This document shows, one piece after another, positions 14,502 through 21,808 of a DNA stretch of 32,000 bases. The DNA comes from Succinivibrio sp. (GTDB taxonomy: Bacteria; Pseudomonadota; Gammaproteobacteria; Enterobacterales; Succinivibrionaceae): NCBI GenBank assembly GCA_017469335.1, contig JAFUGP010000151.1, forward strand, positions 1,422-33,421, in the 5' to 3' direction. Each line of letters begins with the position of its first letter. The first letter of the stretch is position 1. The notes beneath the pieces are model-generated. The model did not search any database. It worked only from the letters and a program-made list of their open reading frames with translations, and had not been told where the DNA came from. The translations under genes and the position numbers were made by a program.

Positions 14502-15572
14502 CTACTTGTCTGTTTCATAAGGCGTTAATGTAAGCTCGCCCTGCTCAACCCTGGCGACCAGAAACGGCACCAGCACCTTGCGCAGTGAGTTGAATTTATA
14601 GGGCAGCTGCACCTGCGCAGGTTTTAGATCGGGGTTTTTAAGATACTGCCTGACTATACTCATGGCCACCTGTGCGATTGTGCGGGCATCGCGGGTGACC
14701 GTGGCCTCCAGCTCGCCGGCGCGCACCGCAGCGAGCCCCTCGGCAATGCCATCAATGCTCAGTACCGGAATATAGGGACGATCGGGCCCCAGGTTAAAGC
14801 CGCGCTGCTGCAGTTCGCGCACGGCCGCCAGAGCGATGCGATCACTGGCGCAGATCACCGCGTCCAGATCCTCAATGGCCGTGTGCTGCAGCAAAGTCTC
14901 GAACTGCTCTTTGACCAACGCTCCGCTCCAGGGGCCAAAATACTCACCTAAGATCTGAGTGGGGATCTTAAGCCGCCGCAATTCCTGCCTGAAGGTCTTG
15001 GCTCTGCTTATGGTCTCCAAGTTGCCCTGTATGCCCTTGAAGAGCACATAGTCAACCTTACCGTTGCCGTTGCGATCCCAGTTGGGATGGATCTGTTGGT
15101 ACTCGTGCAACAGCTGAGCCTGAATTTTACCGGGCAAGAGCAAATCACTGCCCACGTACCAGGTAGTACTGTATTTGGTAAAGACATCAGTGCCTGGATC
15201 ATCGGCCACAAACAACAAAGGCAGTCTGGCGCGCTCGGCGTGGTGCGCCACGGTCTCGTCCTCGGCATGGTCCCACACCAACATGAGCATGGGCATGGTC
15301 AGCTCGGTGCTCTCACCAAACAGTCCCCACACATCCTGAGCCTTACCCTGTCCACAGCCTTCCTTGAGTTTGACCGAGTGCTCATATGACTGCAGAATCA
15401 GCTGTTCGCGGATGGAGGCATTGACCGGGCTGCGGCAGTCTTCCATGTAGAAGAGGACCTGCGACTGGGGCTCATTACCCTCGGCCAGAGCCGCCGGGAC
15501 AAACGAGTTCAGAACACAACCTGTCAGTAACACCAAATATTGTCTGAGTGTTCGAAGGCAGAGCAGAGACAT
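14502..15572 (-). CDS. Periplasmic sugar-binding protein, MglB-like (PBP type I), with no adjacent ABC permease or ATPase
   Basis: ATG at 15572 is preceded by GAGGAGG (GTG at 15578 in the ORF track). The signal peptide ends ...VPAALAEG. YVGSDLLLPGKIQAQLL...WDRNGNGKVDYVLFKG...VICASDRIALAAVRELQ...VLSIDGIAEGLAAVRAGELEATV parallels E. coli MglB, including its Ca-loop region (DLNKDGQIQFVLLKG). Confidence 0.85.
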   Translation of the reverse strand: MSLLCLRTLRQYLVLLTGCVLNSFVPAALAEGNEPQSQVLFYMEDCRSPVNASIREQLILQSYEHSVKLKEGCGQGKAQDVWGLFGESTELTMPMLMLVWDHAEDETVAHHAERARLPLLFVADDPGTDVFTKYSTTWYVGSDLLLPGKIQAQLLHEYQQIHPNWDRNGNGKVDYVLFKGIQGNLETISRAKTFRQELRRLKIPTQILGEYFGPWSGALVKEQFETLLQHTAIEDLDAVICASDRIALAAVRELQQRGFNLGPDRPYIPVLSIDGIAEGLAAVRAGELEATVTRDARTIAQVAMSIVRQYLKNPDLKPAQVQLPYKFNSLRKVLVPFLVARVEQGELTLTPYETDK

Positions 15573-15925
15573 GGGCACCTCCTCTGTTGTAGTTCCTATC
15601 AGAACCTACGGCGCGGCGCTCCCGCACACCGGCACTTAGCTCAGTATAACCCAAGGTTTTGTGTTAAGACTGCGCCTCGGCTCAAAGGGTTGGGAGTCCA
15701 CAGGCAAATTGCAGAGCTGACTATGCGATGGAAAGCCTGAAGAACTGCCATATGAATGAGGGACCTGTACGAAGAAAGCTGCCCACCTGATCGGCTCCGC
15801 CTAAATCTTTGCCGCTGACGTGCATCAGAGCCTCAACGCAGGCTACTCTTCGGTGACCGAGATTAGTCAAATGAAAGCACAGGAAACTGGATTGACACCT
15901 GCCTGTGCAGGGCAATTTCTGTATC

Positions 15926-17482
15926 TTATCGACATAGACTGTTCATAATGGCGGTGATTTTGGCATTGATCTTAGCTGCATCCTTGAGTTCGTAATACTT
16001 CAGAATTTCTTGAATATCACCGTCTTCTAACTCTTTTAAATTAGGGATCTTCAATTTACGCAGATGCTGACTCTGCCAGCGCACAAATCCGCCGTTCATC
16101 TGATTGGTTACGGCCGCCAACTGTTCCCTGACAAAATCCGACATGAGAAAAGCTGCCAGGATCTTGAGATCTGTGGGGGAGTTACCGACCACATAGTAGA
16201 TGTTATGCAAAGGATAATACTCGCCTTCGTCGACAAAAATGTAGGTGTTACCCGATATATCCGGCAGCAGGATTTTTGGCTGAGAGCGCAGTTGCGGATT
16301 TATTCTGTCTATGGTTTTATACCATCTGTCAGGCGCTTTTTGGGCAACGTGTCTTGAGGATAACCGTTCACGGTAAGCGGATAAATAAGCCTCTGCCTTG
16401 GGATAAGCCGCGAGGTCCAGCAACGAGCCATCCGGGTTGTAGGGGTTCAGCAGGAATTCACCCTGCCACTTGAGTTCGTTGCCGCGCAGATCCCTAGCAT
16501 TTATACCCGGCAAAATAAGTGATGGCTCAACTAGCTGAGGGAGTTGAGGTGAAATAAACACCGAATCAGCGCCCGTGGCAACTCCTACCCCGATTTTAAA
16601 TCCTTGACTCTCTATGGTGCTGAGGCAAGGATCTGCTTCCCGGACATTAAACATCGCAGACCAATCGGCATCTTCAGGCACCTTCTTGCTTATTGCCTTC
16701 AGCTCTGCCAGACTCTCTGCCTCTGCGCAGTCCGAGTAGACAAAAGTCTCCCGGCAGCGATCGGCGTCTATCACGGTGATGGCAGGATAAGCTAGAACAT
16801 CCGACAAAAAAGCCTTGGCACGCTCTAAATTTATGAGACTTCTTAGTTGATAATGTTGGGCAACTAATTTCCGCAGTTTCCGTCCATATTCATTTCTGAG
16901 CCATCTGTTTGAGCAGATAAAGCAGTGCCGTCCACCCGGGGCCAGCATGGAGAGAGATTTTTCAAAGAACGGGACATACAAATCACAGCGGTAGTGAAAA
17001 GTCTCGAAGTTGTCCCGGCAAAATTTAAGGATATCCTTTGGAATATGCTCGTAGCGGATATAAGGGGGATTACCGACCACAATGTCCACCATGCTCTGTG
17101 GGGCGTGCAGAAAATCCTCAACCACAATGGTATCGGCCGCAGTGTCTATACCCAAACTCTGCAATCTTTCTTGGCACAGTCTGACTTTGAGGGGATCTAT
17201 CTCATAGGCCCGAACATTAATGTTGAAGACAGTCTCTGCATCAAAATCAAAGCGCCTTGCTGACTCCTGCAATCTGTTGGCTATTTCCACCAGAAATTCA
17301 CCGTCACCGCAGGAGGGCTCCAGCACACGGACCGCACTTAAGTTGCGATCGGAGGTATAGCCGGCCTTATCAAGCATGAACCGTACCACGGCCGGGGAAG
17401 TAAAAACATCGCAGTGCCCCCGGGAGCGCCTGTGGCCCGGCAATTTAACTGCGCTTACGGGCGGCACTGCTAAGGTATCCAT
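15926..17482 (-). CDS. Type II N6-adenine DNA methyltransferase (gamma class, Eco57I/TaqI-like with a C-terminal target-recognition domain)
   Basis: Motif X is DVFTSPAVVRFML, motif I is VLEPSCGDGEFL and motif IV is VVGNPPYIRY. The gene overlaps the endonuclease gene by 38 nt. Local GC is clearly lower than in the flanks. Confidence 0.92.
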   Translation of the reverse strand: MDTLAVPPVSAVKLPGHRRSRGHCDVFTSPAVVRFMLDKAGYTSDRNLSAVRVLEPSCGDGEFLVEIANRLQESARRFDFDAETVFNINVRAYEIDPLKVRLCQERLQSLGIDTAADTIVVEDFLHAPQSMVDIVVGNPPYIRYEHIPKDILKFCRDNFETFHYRCDLYVPFFEKSLSMLAPGGRHCFICSNRWLRNEYGRKLRKLVAQHYQLRSLINLERAKAFLSDVLAYPAITVIDADRCRETFVYSDCAEAESLAELKAISKKVPEDADWSAMFNVREADPCLSTIESQGFKIGVGVATGADSVFISPQLPQLVEPSLILPGINARDLRGNELKWQGEFLLNPYNPDGSLLDLAAYPKAEAYLSAYRERLSSRHVAQKAPDRWYKTIDRINPQLRSQPKILLPDISGNTYIFVDEGEYYPLHNIYYVVGNSPTDLKILAAFLMSDFVREQLAAVTNQMNGGFVRWQSQHLRKLKIPNLKELEDGDIQEILKYYELKDAAKINAKITAIMNSLCR

Positions 17483-18161
17483 AAAGAGAGGCCAGAAAAC
17501 TGCTTATGGAAGTTTCCTCTCCCAGATCTCCATAAGATCGATCAGCACGAGTCCACAGCACACTCGCGCAGTTGTAGTGACGTTCTCTTACCAGCTTTTG
17601 ACAGAGAATTTGGTAGCGCTGAAGATAGGTTGCTCCGACAAATTCAGCTAGAACAGGGAAGTGAGGCTCGTGATTGCTCACAGGGCGCTCTGAATCGTCA
17701 TCACGTCCTACCACCATCAGCCAGCCTAACCAGGGGGCAAGCTGCTCCGGAAACAAACCTTCGCGAAAAGCCGTCCATAAATCAACAGCCGAGCCCAACG
17801 CCTCCTCAGCACGATTGTTGAAATTGTTCCCGTAGGAGCCAATCTGGGATTTGAGCTCAATGGTTGCAAGCAGTCTGCCTCCACCATCAATGATAATCAT
17901 GTCCCACTCTTTGGATGAGCGAAAATACCCGGGCAGATAATTGTTGTCGGTTATGACTTGCGCTGGAGCAACACCCGCTTCAACTGCCACTGTTTTGAGA
18001 AGACTGACAAAGCCATTGAGCTGTTTGCCACCCAGAACTGCACCTCGGTTTGTCAGATCGATGCTGTCCTCACGCTGACTTTCCCGCCTATCCCAGAACG
18101 CCGTTACAGCCTGTGATATTTGTGCTGCAAAACCAGTGCCTGATTTGGGTGCGTATGCCAT
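17445..18161 (-). CDS. Type II restriction endonuclease (PD-(D/E)XK); possibly XhoI/PaeR7I family
   Basis: The PD-(D/E)XK-like core is DMIIIDGGGRLLATIELKSQ. IGSYGNNFNNRAEEALGSAVDLWTAFREG matches my recollection of the XhoI-family signature. The gene is operonic with, and overlaps, the m6A methyltransferase gene. Confidence 0.75.
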   Translation of the reverse strand: MAYAPKSGTGFAAQISQAVTAFWDRRESQREDSIDLTNRGAVLGGKQLNGFVSLLKTVAVEAGVAPAQVITDNNYLPGYFRSSKEWDMIIIDGGGRLLATIELKSQIGSYGNNFNNRAEEALGSAVDLWTAFREGLFPEQLAPWLGWLMVVGRDDDSERPVSNHEPHFPVLAEFVGATYLQRYQILCQKLVRERHYNCASVLWTRADRSYGDLGEETSISSFLASLYGYLSSAARKRS

Positions 18162-18411
18162 ACCTGATTACCTCGCCAAAACTTTATGGCTACGGACCTC
18201 GTTTCTGCGCAAACACTTCGCACAAACTGCCTGCCAAAAGCTCCCGTATGATTATCGCACACCTGCCCGTACCAAATTGTGCTCTTGTGTACCTCAGTAC
18301 AATCGTTTTTGAGGCAGGAATCTGCCTGTAATACAGACACACCCCAGATTCCTTCTGTCAGTTGAGTTATGCTGTGCCGGTAGCATGCAAAATTCACAAG
18401 CGGAGAGCAAC

Positions 18412-19683
18412 ATGCGCCCCGACATAAAAGCTTTTCTCGAACAATTACATTACGAACTTCCAAAAATGGGACTGGCCCCACAGGTGCACAGCTATGTGCT
18501 GCTGTATCTGGCCTGGCAGTGCGCCCTTAAAATCTCCGGTCCTAATTTCTCACTTAAAAAGCTCGGTGCGCTGGTAAGCACCCTCAAAAAACCCGCCACC
18601 TCACGGTACCTGACATCGCAAGCAAACCAGCGCGGCAGCGCACTTGCCATCCTGCTCAAAGGGCTGGATCAGTGCTCTCCTTGTATAGATCGCCCGGAGA
18701 GTTACGGCGAACTGTGGGATCTGTTCTACCGCGTCCCCGGCACCCATATGCAGCCTGACGATCAGGCCGTGCTGGAGTATCTGGCCTTGCAGATTGAAGA
18801 ACATGACGCCCCGTTCTTCAAAGAAGCCCTGACCTCTTTGAGTCCTGAATTCATCAGCACTCTGCCCAGGCCTCCTGCAAGCGCGCAATTTAGTCTCGCT
18901 ACCGAAGACTACACCCGGCAGATCTGGTGTAGTTTGGCCGCCAGGTTTCTCAAATTACAACAAGGCATGCAGATCTACAATCCCTGCTGCGGCACCGGCA
19001 ATTTTGCTCTGGCCGCAGCCGCGGTCTGCCCACAGGCGCACACCGTCAGCGTGGACTGTGACGAGCTGATGACCAATATCTGCGCCATGCGCGCCCAAGC
19101 AGCCGGCATTGAAACACAAACTTACTGCGCTGACATGTTCTCGACACTGTCAAAAGGTCAGATTGTGCGCTATGAGCGTGTGTTCTGCATGCCGCCCACG
19201 CAACTGCCTCTTCATACCTACGACAATTACCTCAGATCGATAGGACTGCAGCCCAGCACTCGCCATGTCATCGCAGAAGATGCCTATTTATTGCAGATCT
19301 TAGCCTCCCTGAAAAGTTCAGGGCGCGCCGTGGTCATTTTAGACTTGAGCTCCTGCGGGGATGAGATTTTTTGCGCCCTCATTGCACAGGGATTACTGGA
19401 GGCCGTGATCCCGCTTCCGTGCTTTACGGGCGATGCCCGCCCTGTCTGCGACATGCTGGTAATAAGCCGCGGCAATCGCAGCGTGCGCACTTACAGTCTT
19501 GAACAGGCGCTGAGACTGCCTTTGTACACTGTACCTAATCCGCAAGATTACGAGACCTTAGCTGCTCTCAGTGACCGACAGTTACGCTATGGCTCCTCAC
19601 GTATGACTAATCAACAATTGCTCAGATCAGACAACCTAGATCAAGAACTGTGTCAGACGACCAACGGCAGCCCTGCCGAATAA
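18412..19683 (+). CDS. HsdM-like N6-DNA-methylase homologue with a degenerate catalytic motif; orphan, with no HsdS or HsdR
   Basis: ATG at 18412 is preceded by GGAGAG (the ORF track starts at 18385). Motif I is IYNPCCGTGNFAL (18979-19005). The motif IV position reads VFCMPPTQL (CMPPT at 19186-19200) instead of (N/D)PP(Y/F/W). The HsdM-like C-terminal part is GRAVVILDL...LLEAVIPLP. Confidence 0.8.
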   Translation: MRPDIKAFLEQLHYELPKMGLAPQVHSYVLLYLAWQCALKISGPNFSLKKLGALVSTLKKPATSRYLTSQANQRGSALAILLKGLDQCSPCIDRPESYGELWDLFYRVPGTHMQPDDQAVLEYLALQIEEHDAPFFKEALTSLSPEFISTLPRPPASAQFSLATEDYTRQIWCSLAARFLKLQQGMQIYNPCCGTGNFALAAAAVCPQAHTVSVDCDELMTNICAMRAQAAGIETQTYCADMFSTLSKGQIVRYERVFCMPPTQLPLHTYDNYLRSIGLQPSTRHVIAEDAYLLQILASLKSSGRAVVILDLSSCGDEIFCALIAQGLLEAVIPLPCFTGDARPVCDMLVISRGNRSVRTYSLEQALRLPLYTVPNPQDYETLAALSDRQLRYGSSRMTNQQLLRSDNLDQELCQTTNGSPAE

Positions 19684-19704
19684 GCCTCTGGAAGGTGGAT
19701 ACCG

Positions 19705-19749
19705 AAAAAACCGCACCTTGGCCTGACTTGCAAACCAAGTGGCGGTTTT
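19705..19749. terminator. Probable bidirectional intrinsic terminator between convergent genes
   Basis: A6 (19705-19710), stem ccgc..cttgg / ccaag..gcgg (5 bp + 2x2 internal loop + 4 bp, 13-nt loop), then T4 (19746-19749). Confidence 0.5.
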
Positions 19750-19797
19750 CCTGTGCTCTGGATGCACACCAGACCGAACTTTTTGTTTGTTATTAAG

Positions 19798-20670
19798 CTA
19801 TTTTTTAAACAACATACCTGCGCTCATCTCAAGGTAGTTCTCGCCCTCATAACCCGGAAAAGATTCCTTGACCGCCGCGATAAATGCCCCACGGCTGCGC
19901 TCGCTCTCCGCAAGTTCCCTGACACGCTTAAGATATGTCACCTTCTCCTGCGCGGCCGCCGGTCCTTCGGGGACGTAATGGGAGGTCAGGATCAGCTCAT
20001 ATCCCTGCTCAAGGTAATCCTCAAAACGTGCAATTTCAGCATCGATCGCCGCCACCGAGGGCAGAATATTGTGCACCTTGCCGCCCATCATGTGGGTGTA
20101 GACCGCGTTTAGGGCGGGGATCACCACGTCATAATGCCCCTCGGGGGTCTGACCGTTGACAATCTCAAATTCCATGCCTGCCAGTTTGAGAGTCTCGCCA
20201 AACTTAAGCTCGGTGGCGTCGGAGGGCAGATCACCTGCCACCTGATCGGCACCGAAGGCTTGGGTAAACTGCTCGGTTAAGGCCTTCACGCTGCCCTCCT
20301 GCCAGCTTTTCACAGCCCCTTTGGTGGCAAAAACCTCGGTGTCAAAGTGGCTGTAACCGTTGGGATGGTAGGAGAGCAGTGCACCTGCCAAAGGCTTGTG
20401 AAGGCTCTTGAGGTAAGCGGCAAAAAGCTCAACGTTTTTTGTAAGTGCGGTCGACTCCAAAAGCACCAGTCCCTTAGCACTCTCTAAGGCGTAAAGCTCA
20501 TCGCTGAGCGGATCGCCGCTTTGGTAGGCGTGCAGTTTGAGTGTGGGGCAGTTGTAAGTGGTAACACTGCCCTGCTCCAGCGCGGTTTGGGTGAGCGCAC
20601 AGGGTGCGGCCGCAGCCTGAAAAGTAGTGAACAGCGCCGCCAGGAGGGAGATTTTAAGCAACTTTTTCAT
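19798..20670 (-). CDS. Secreted/periplasmic protein of unknown function (possibly a degenerate MBL-fold)
   Basis: ATG at 20670 is preceded by GAGGAG. The signal peptide is MKKLLKISLLAALFTTFQAAAAP. The longest-ORF start at 20706 would run through the promoter/operator. The MBL-fold idea rests only on loose His/Asp patterns (SYHPNGYSHFD, LTSHY). Confidence 0.75.
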   Translation of the reverse strand: MKKLLKISLLAALFTTFQAAAAPCALTQTALEQGSVTTYNCPTLKLHAYQSGDPLSDELYALESAKGLVLLESTALTKNVELFAAYLKSLHKPLAGALLSYHPNGYSHFDTEVFATKGAVKSWQEGSVKALTEQFTQAFGADQVAGDLPSDATELKFGETLKLAGMEFEIVNGQTPEGHYDVVIPALNAVYTHMMGGKVHNILPSVAAIDAEIARFEDYLEQGYELILTSHYVPEGPAAAQEKVTYLKRVRELAESERSRGAFIAAVKESFPGYEGENYLEMSAGMLFKK

Positions 20671-20690
20671 GATGAACTCCTCAAAGGATA

Positions 20691-20730
20691 GTTTGGTATC
20701 GAACAATATAAGTATAGTTCGATATCAAAC
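20691..20730. promoter_or_regulatory. Near-perfect 14-bp inverted repeat (candidate operator) overlapping that promoter
   Basis: gtttggtatcgaac (20691-20704), a 12-nt spacer, gttcgatatcaaac (20717-20730); 13 of 14 positions are complementary. One arm fills the -35/-10 spacer and the other covers the predicted transcription start. Confidence 0.45.
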
Positions 20731-20739
20731 CTTTTTCAA
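20711..20739 (-). promoter_or_regulatory. Sigma70 promoter of the 19798-20670 gene
   Basis: On the minus strand: TTGAAA (20739-20734), exactly 17 nt, TATACT (20716-20711). It sits ~40 nt upstream of the ATG. Confidence 0.5.
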
Positions 20740-20839
20740 TCATTAAATTTGCTTTTAAAACAAATAATAAAAAACCAGCTTTGTTTAGGCCCTAAGCGCC
20801 ACTGACTGCTCCGCTCAGGCCGCCTCTTGGCTGTGGCGC

Positions 20840-21475
20840 TTAATTCTGATTGAGAGAGTGCAGCAGATCCTCAAAGCGCTGCCGCCAGTCCTCACCGTTG
20901 ACCGGCTGAAAGGTATGCAGTCCCACCGAGGCGGCAGACTGCACGTTTTTTAGACCGTCATCAAGAAAAATGGCCTCCTGCGGGTTGATGCCTTCCTTTT
21001 GAATTACCAAAGAGAAGAACCCGGGATCGGGCTTGAGCATTTTCTGCTCGAAGCTTTTATATTCAGCGTCAAAGTAGGTATGCAGGGCCCGCCCGCGACC
21101 GTCAAAGGCCTCACTCTCGGCCCAAGCCATGATGAACTCGTTGGTGTTGGAGAGCAGGATGAGGCGGTAGTGTCGCTCTCTTAAGCTGTCAAGCAGCTCT
21201 AAATTTCGTTGCGGGATCTCGGCGATAAAGCCACGCCAGGCATGGCTGCACTGCTCTGTGGTGATCTCGCGTCCGGTCATCTTGCACATCTTAAGGCGGA
21301 ACTGCTCGCCGCTGAGCGCGCCGCGCTCAAAATCACCGAACACGCCCGTCTGAGCGTAATCATTAAGACGACTGGAGATGTCCTTAACACCCAGCTCGTA
21401 AAAGCGCCGCACTGCCTCGTCACGATTGATGTTGACGATGACACCGCCCAAATCGAAGATAAGAGTCTTGATCAT
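20840..21475 (-). CDS. HAD-superfamily hydrolase, subfamily IA (YihX-like phosphatase)
   Basis: Motif I is LIFDLGGVIV, motif II is LLSNTN and motif III/IV is K...FLDDGLKNV. The overall pattern resembles E. coli YihX (recall). Confidence 0.9.
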   Translation of the reverse strand: MIKTLIFDLGGVIVNINRDEAVRRFYELGVKDISSRLNDYAQTGVFGDFERGALSGEQFRLKMCKMTGREITTEQCSHAWRGFIAEIPQRNLELLDSLRERHYRLILLSNTNEFIMAWAESEAFDGRGRALHTYFDAEYKSFEQKMLKPDPGFFSLVIQKEGINPQEAIFLDDGLKNVQSAASVGLHTFQPVNGEDWRQRFEDLLHSLNQN

Positions 21476-21481
21476 GGTCTG

Positions 21482-21802
21482 TTAACTCCGCCGTATCAAC
21501 GCAGCGTAATTGCGCTCTGCCGCCTCAAGTTCCTCAAGTACCGCAATCAGGCCATCCAGTGAGGTCAGCGCATCGTTTTGCAAGTAGATACCGTCACCTG
21601 CCAGAGAGCGGGCCTCATCGGCAATCTCCTGCAGTTCCTCCAGCGGCAGTCCTGCGGCATGCTCATCTATGGCGGCCGTAAGTTCCCGAAGTTTTTCCGT
21701 CAGGGATTGCTGCTCCTCAAGCAACTCCCGCGAGCGCTCAAGCAGTGCCGTCACGCCGCCTTGTACCTTTGCAGGTTCGCTCATACTCACACCCAAATTC
21801 AT
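21482..21802 (-). CDS. Hypothetical coiled-coil protein (106 aa)
   Basis: The ORF is wedged between the Sel1 gene (6-nt gap) and the HAD gene (6-nt gap). It is Glu/Leu-rich. An alternative ATG lies at 21784. Confidence 0.6.
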   Translation of the reverse strand: MNLGVSMSEPAKVQGGVTALLERSRELLEEQQSLTEKLRELTAAIDEHAAGLPLEELQEIADEARSLAGDGIYLQNDALTSLDGLIAVLEELEAAERNYAALIRRS

Positions 21803-21808
21803 ATCAGT

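Noticed and set aside
15625-15715. tRNA-like strings (TAGCTCAGT and GGTTGGGAGTCC) that could mark a tRNA or a tRNA-derived att remnant beside the R-M island
   Set aside because: No complementary D-stem (GAGC), anticodon arm or acceptor stem can be drawn, and I found no matching direct repeat at the other island edge (19684-19797). I treat this as chance similarity.
15721-15915. 64-aa minus-strand ORF downstream of the methyltransferase, considered as a controller (C) protein or small toxin/antitoxin
   Set aside because: It has no helix-turn-helix pattern, no RBS and a Cys/Phe/Arg-rich odd composition. It lies downstream of the R-M operon rather than upstream.
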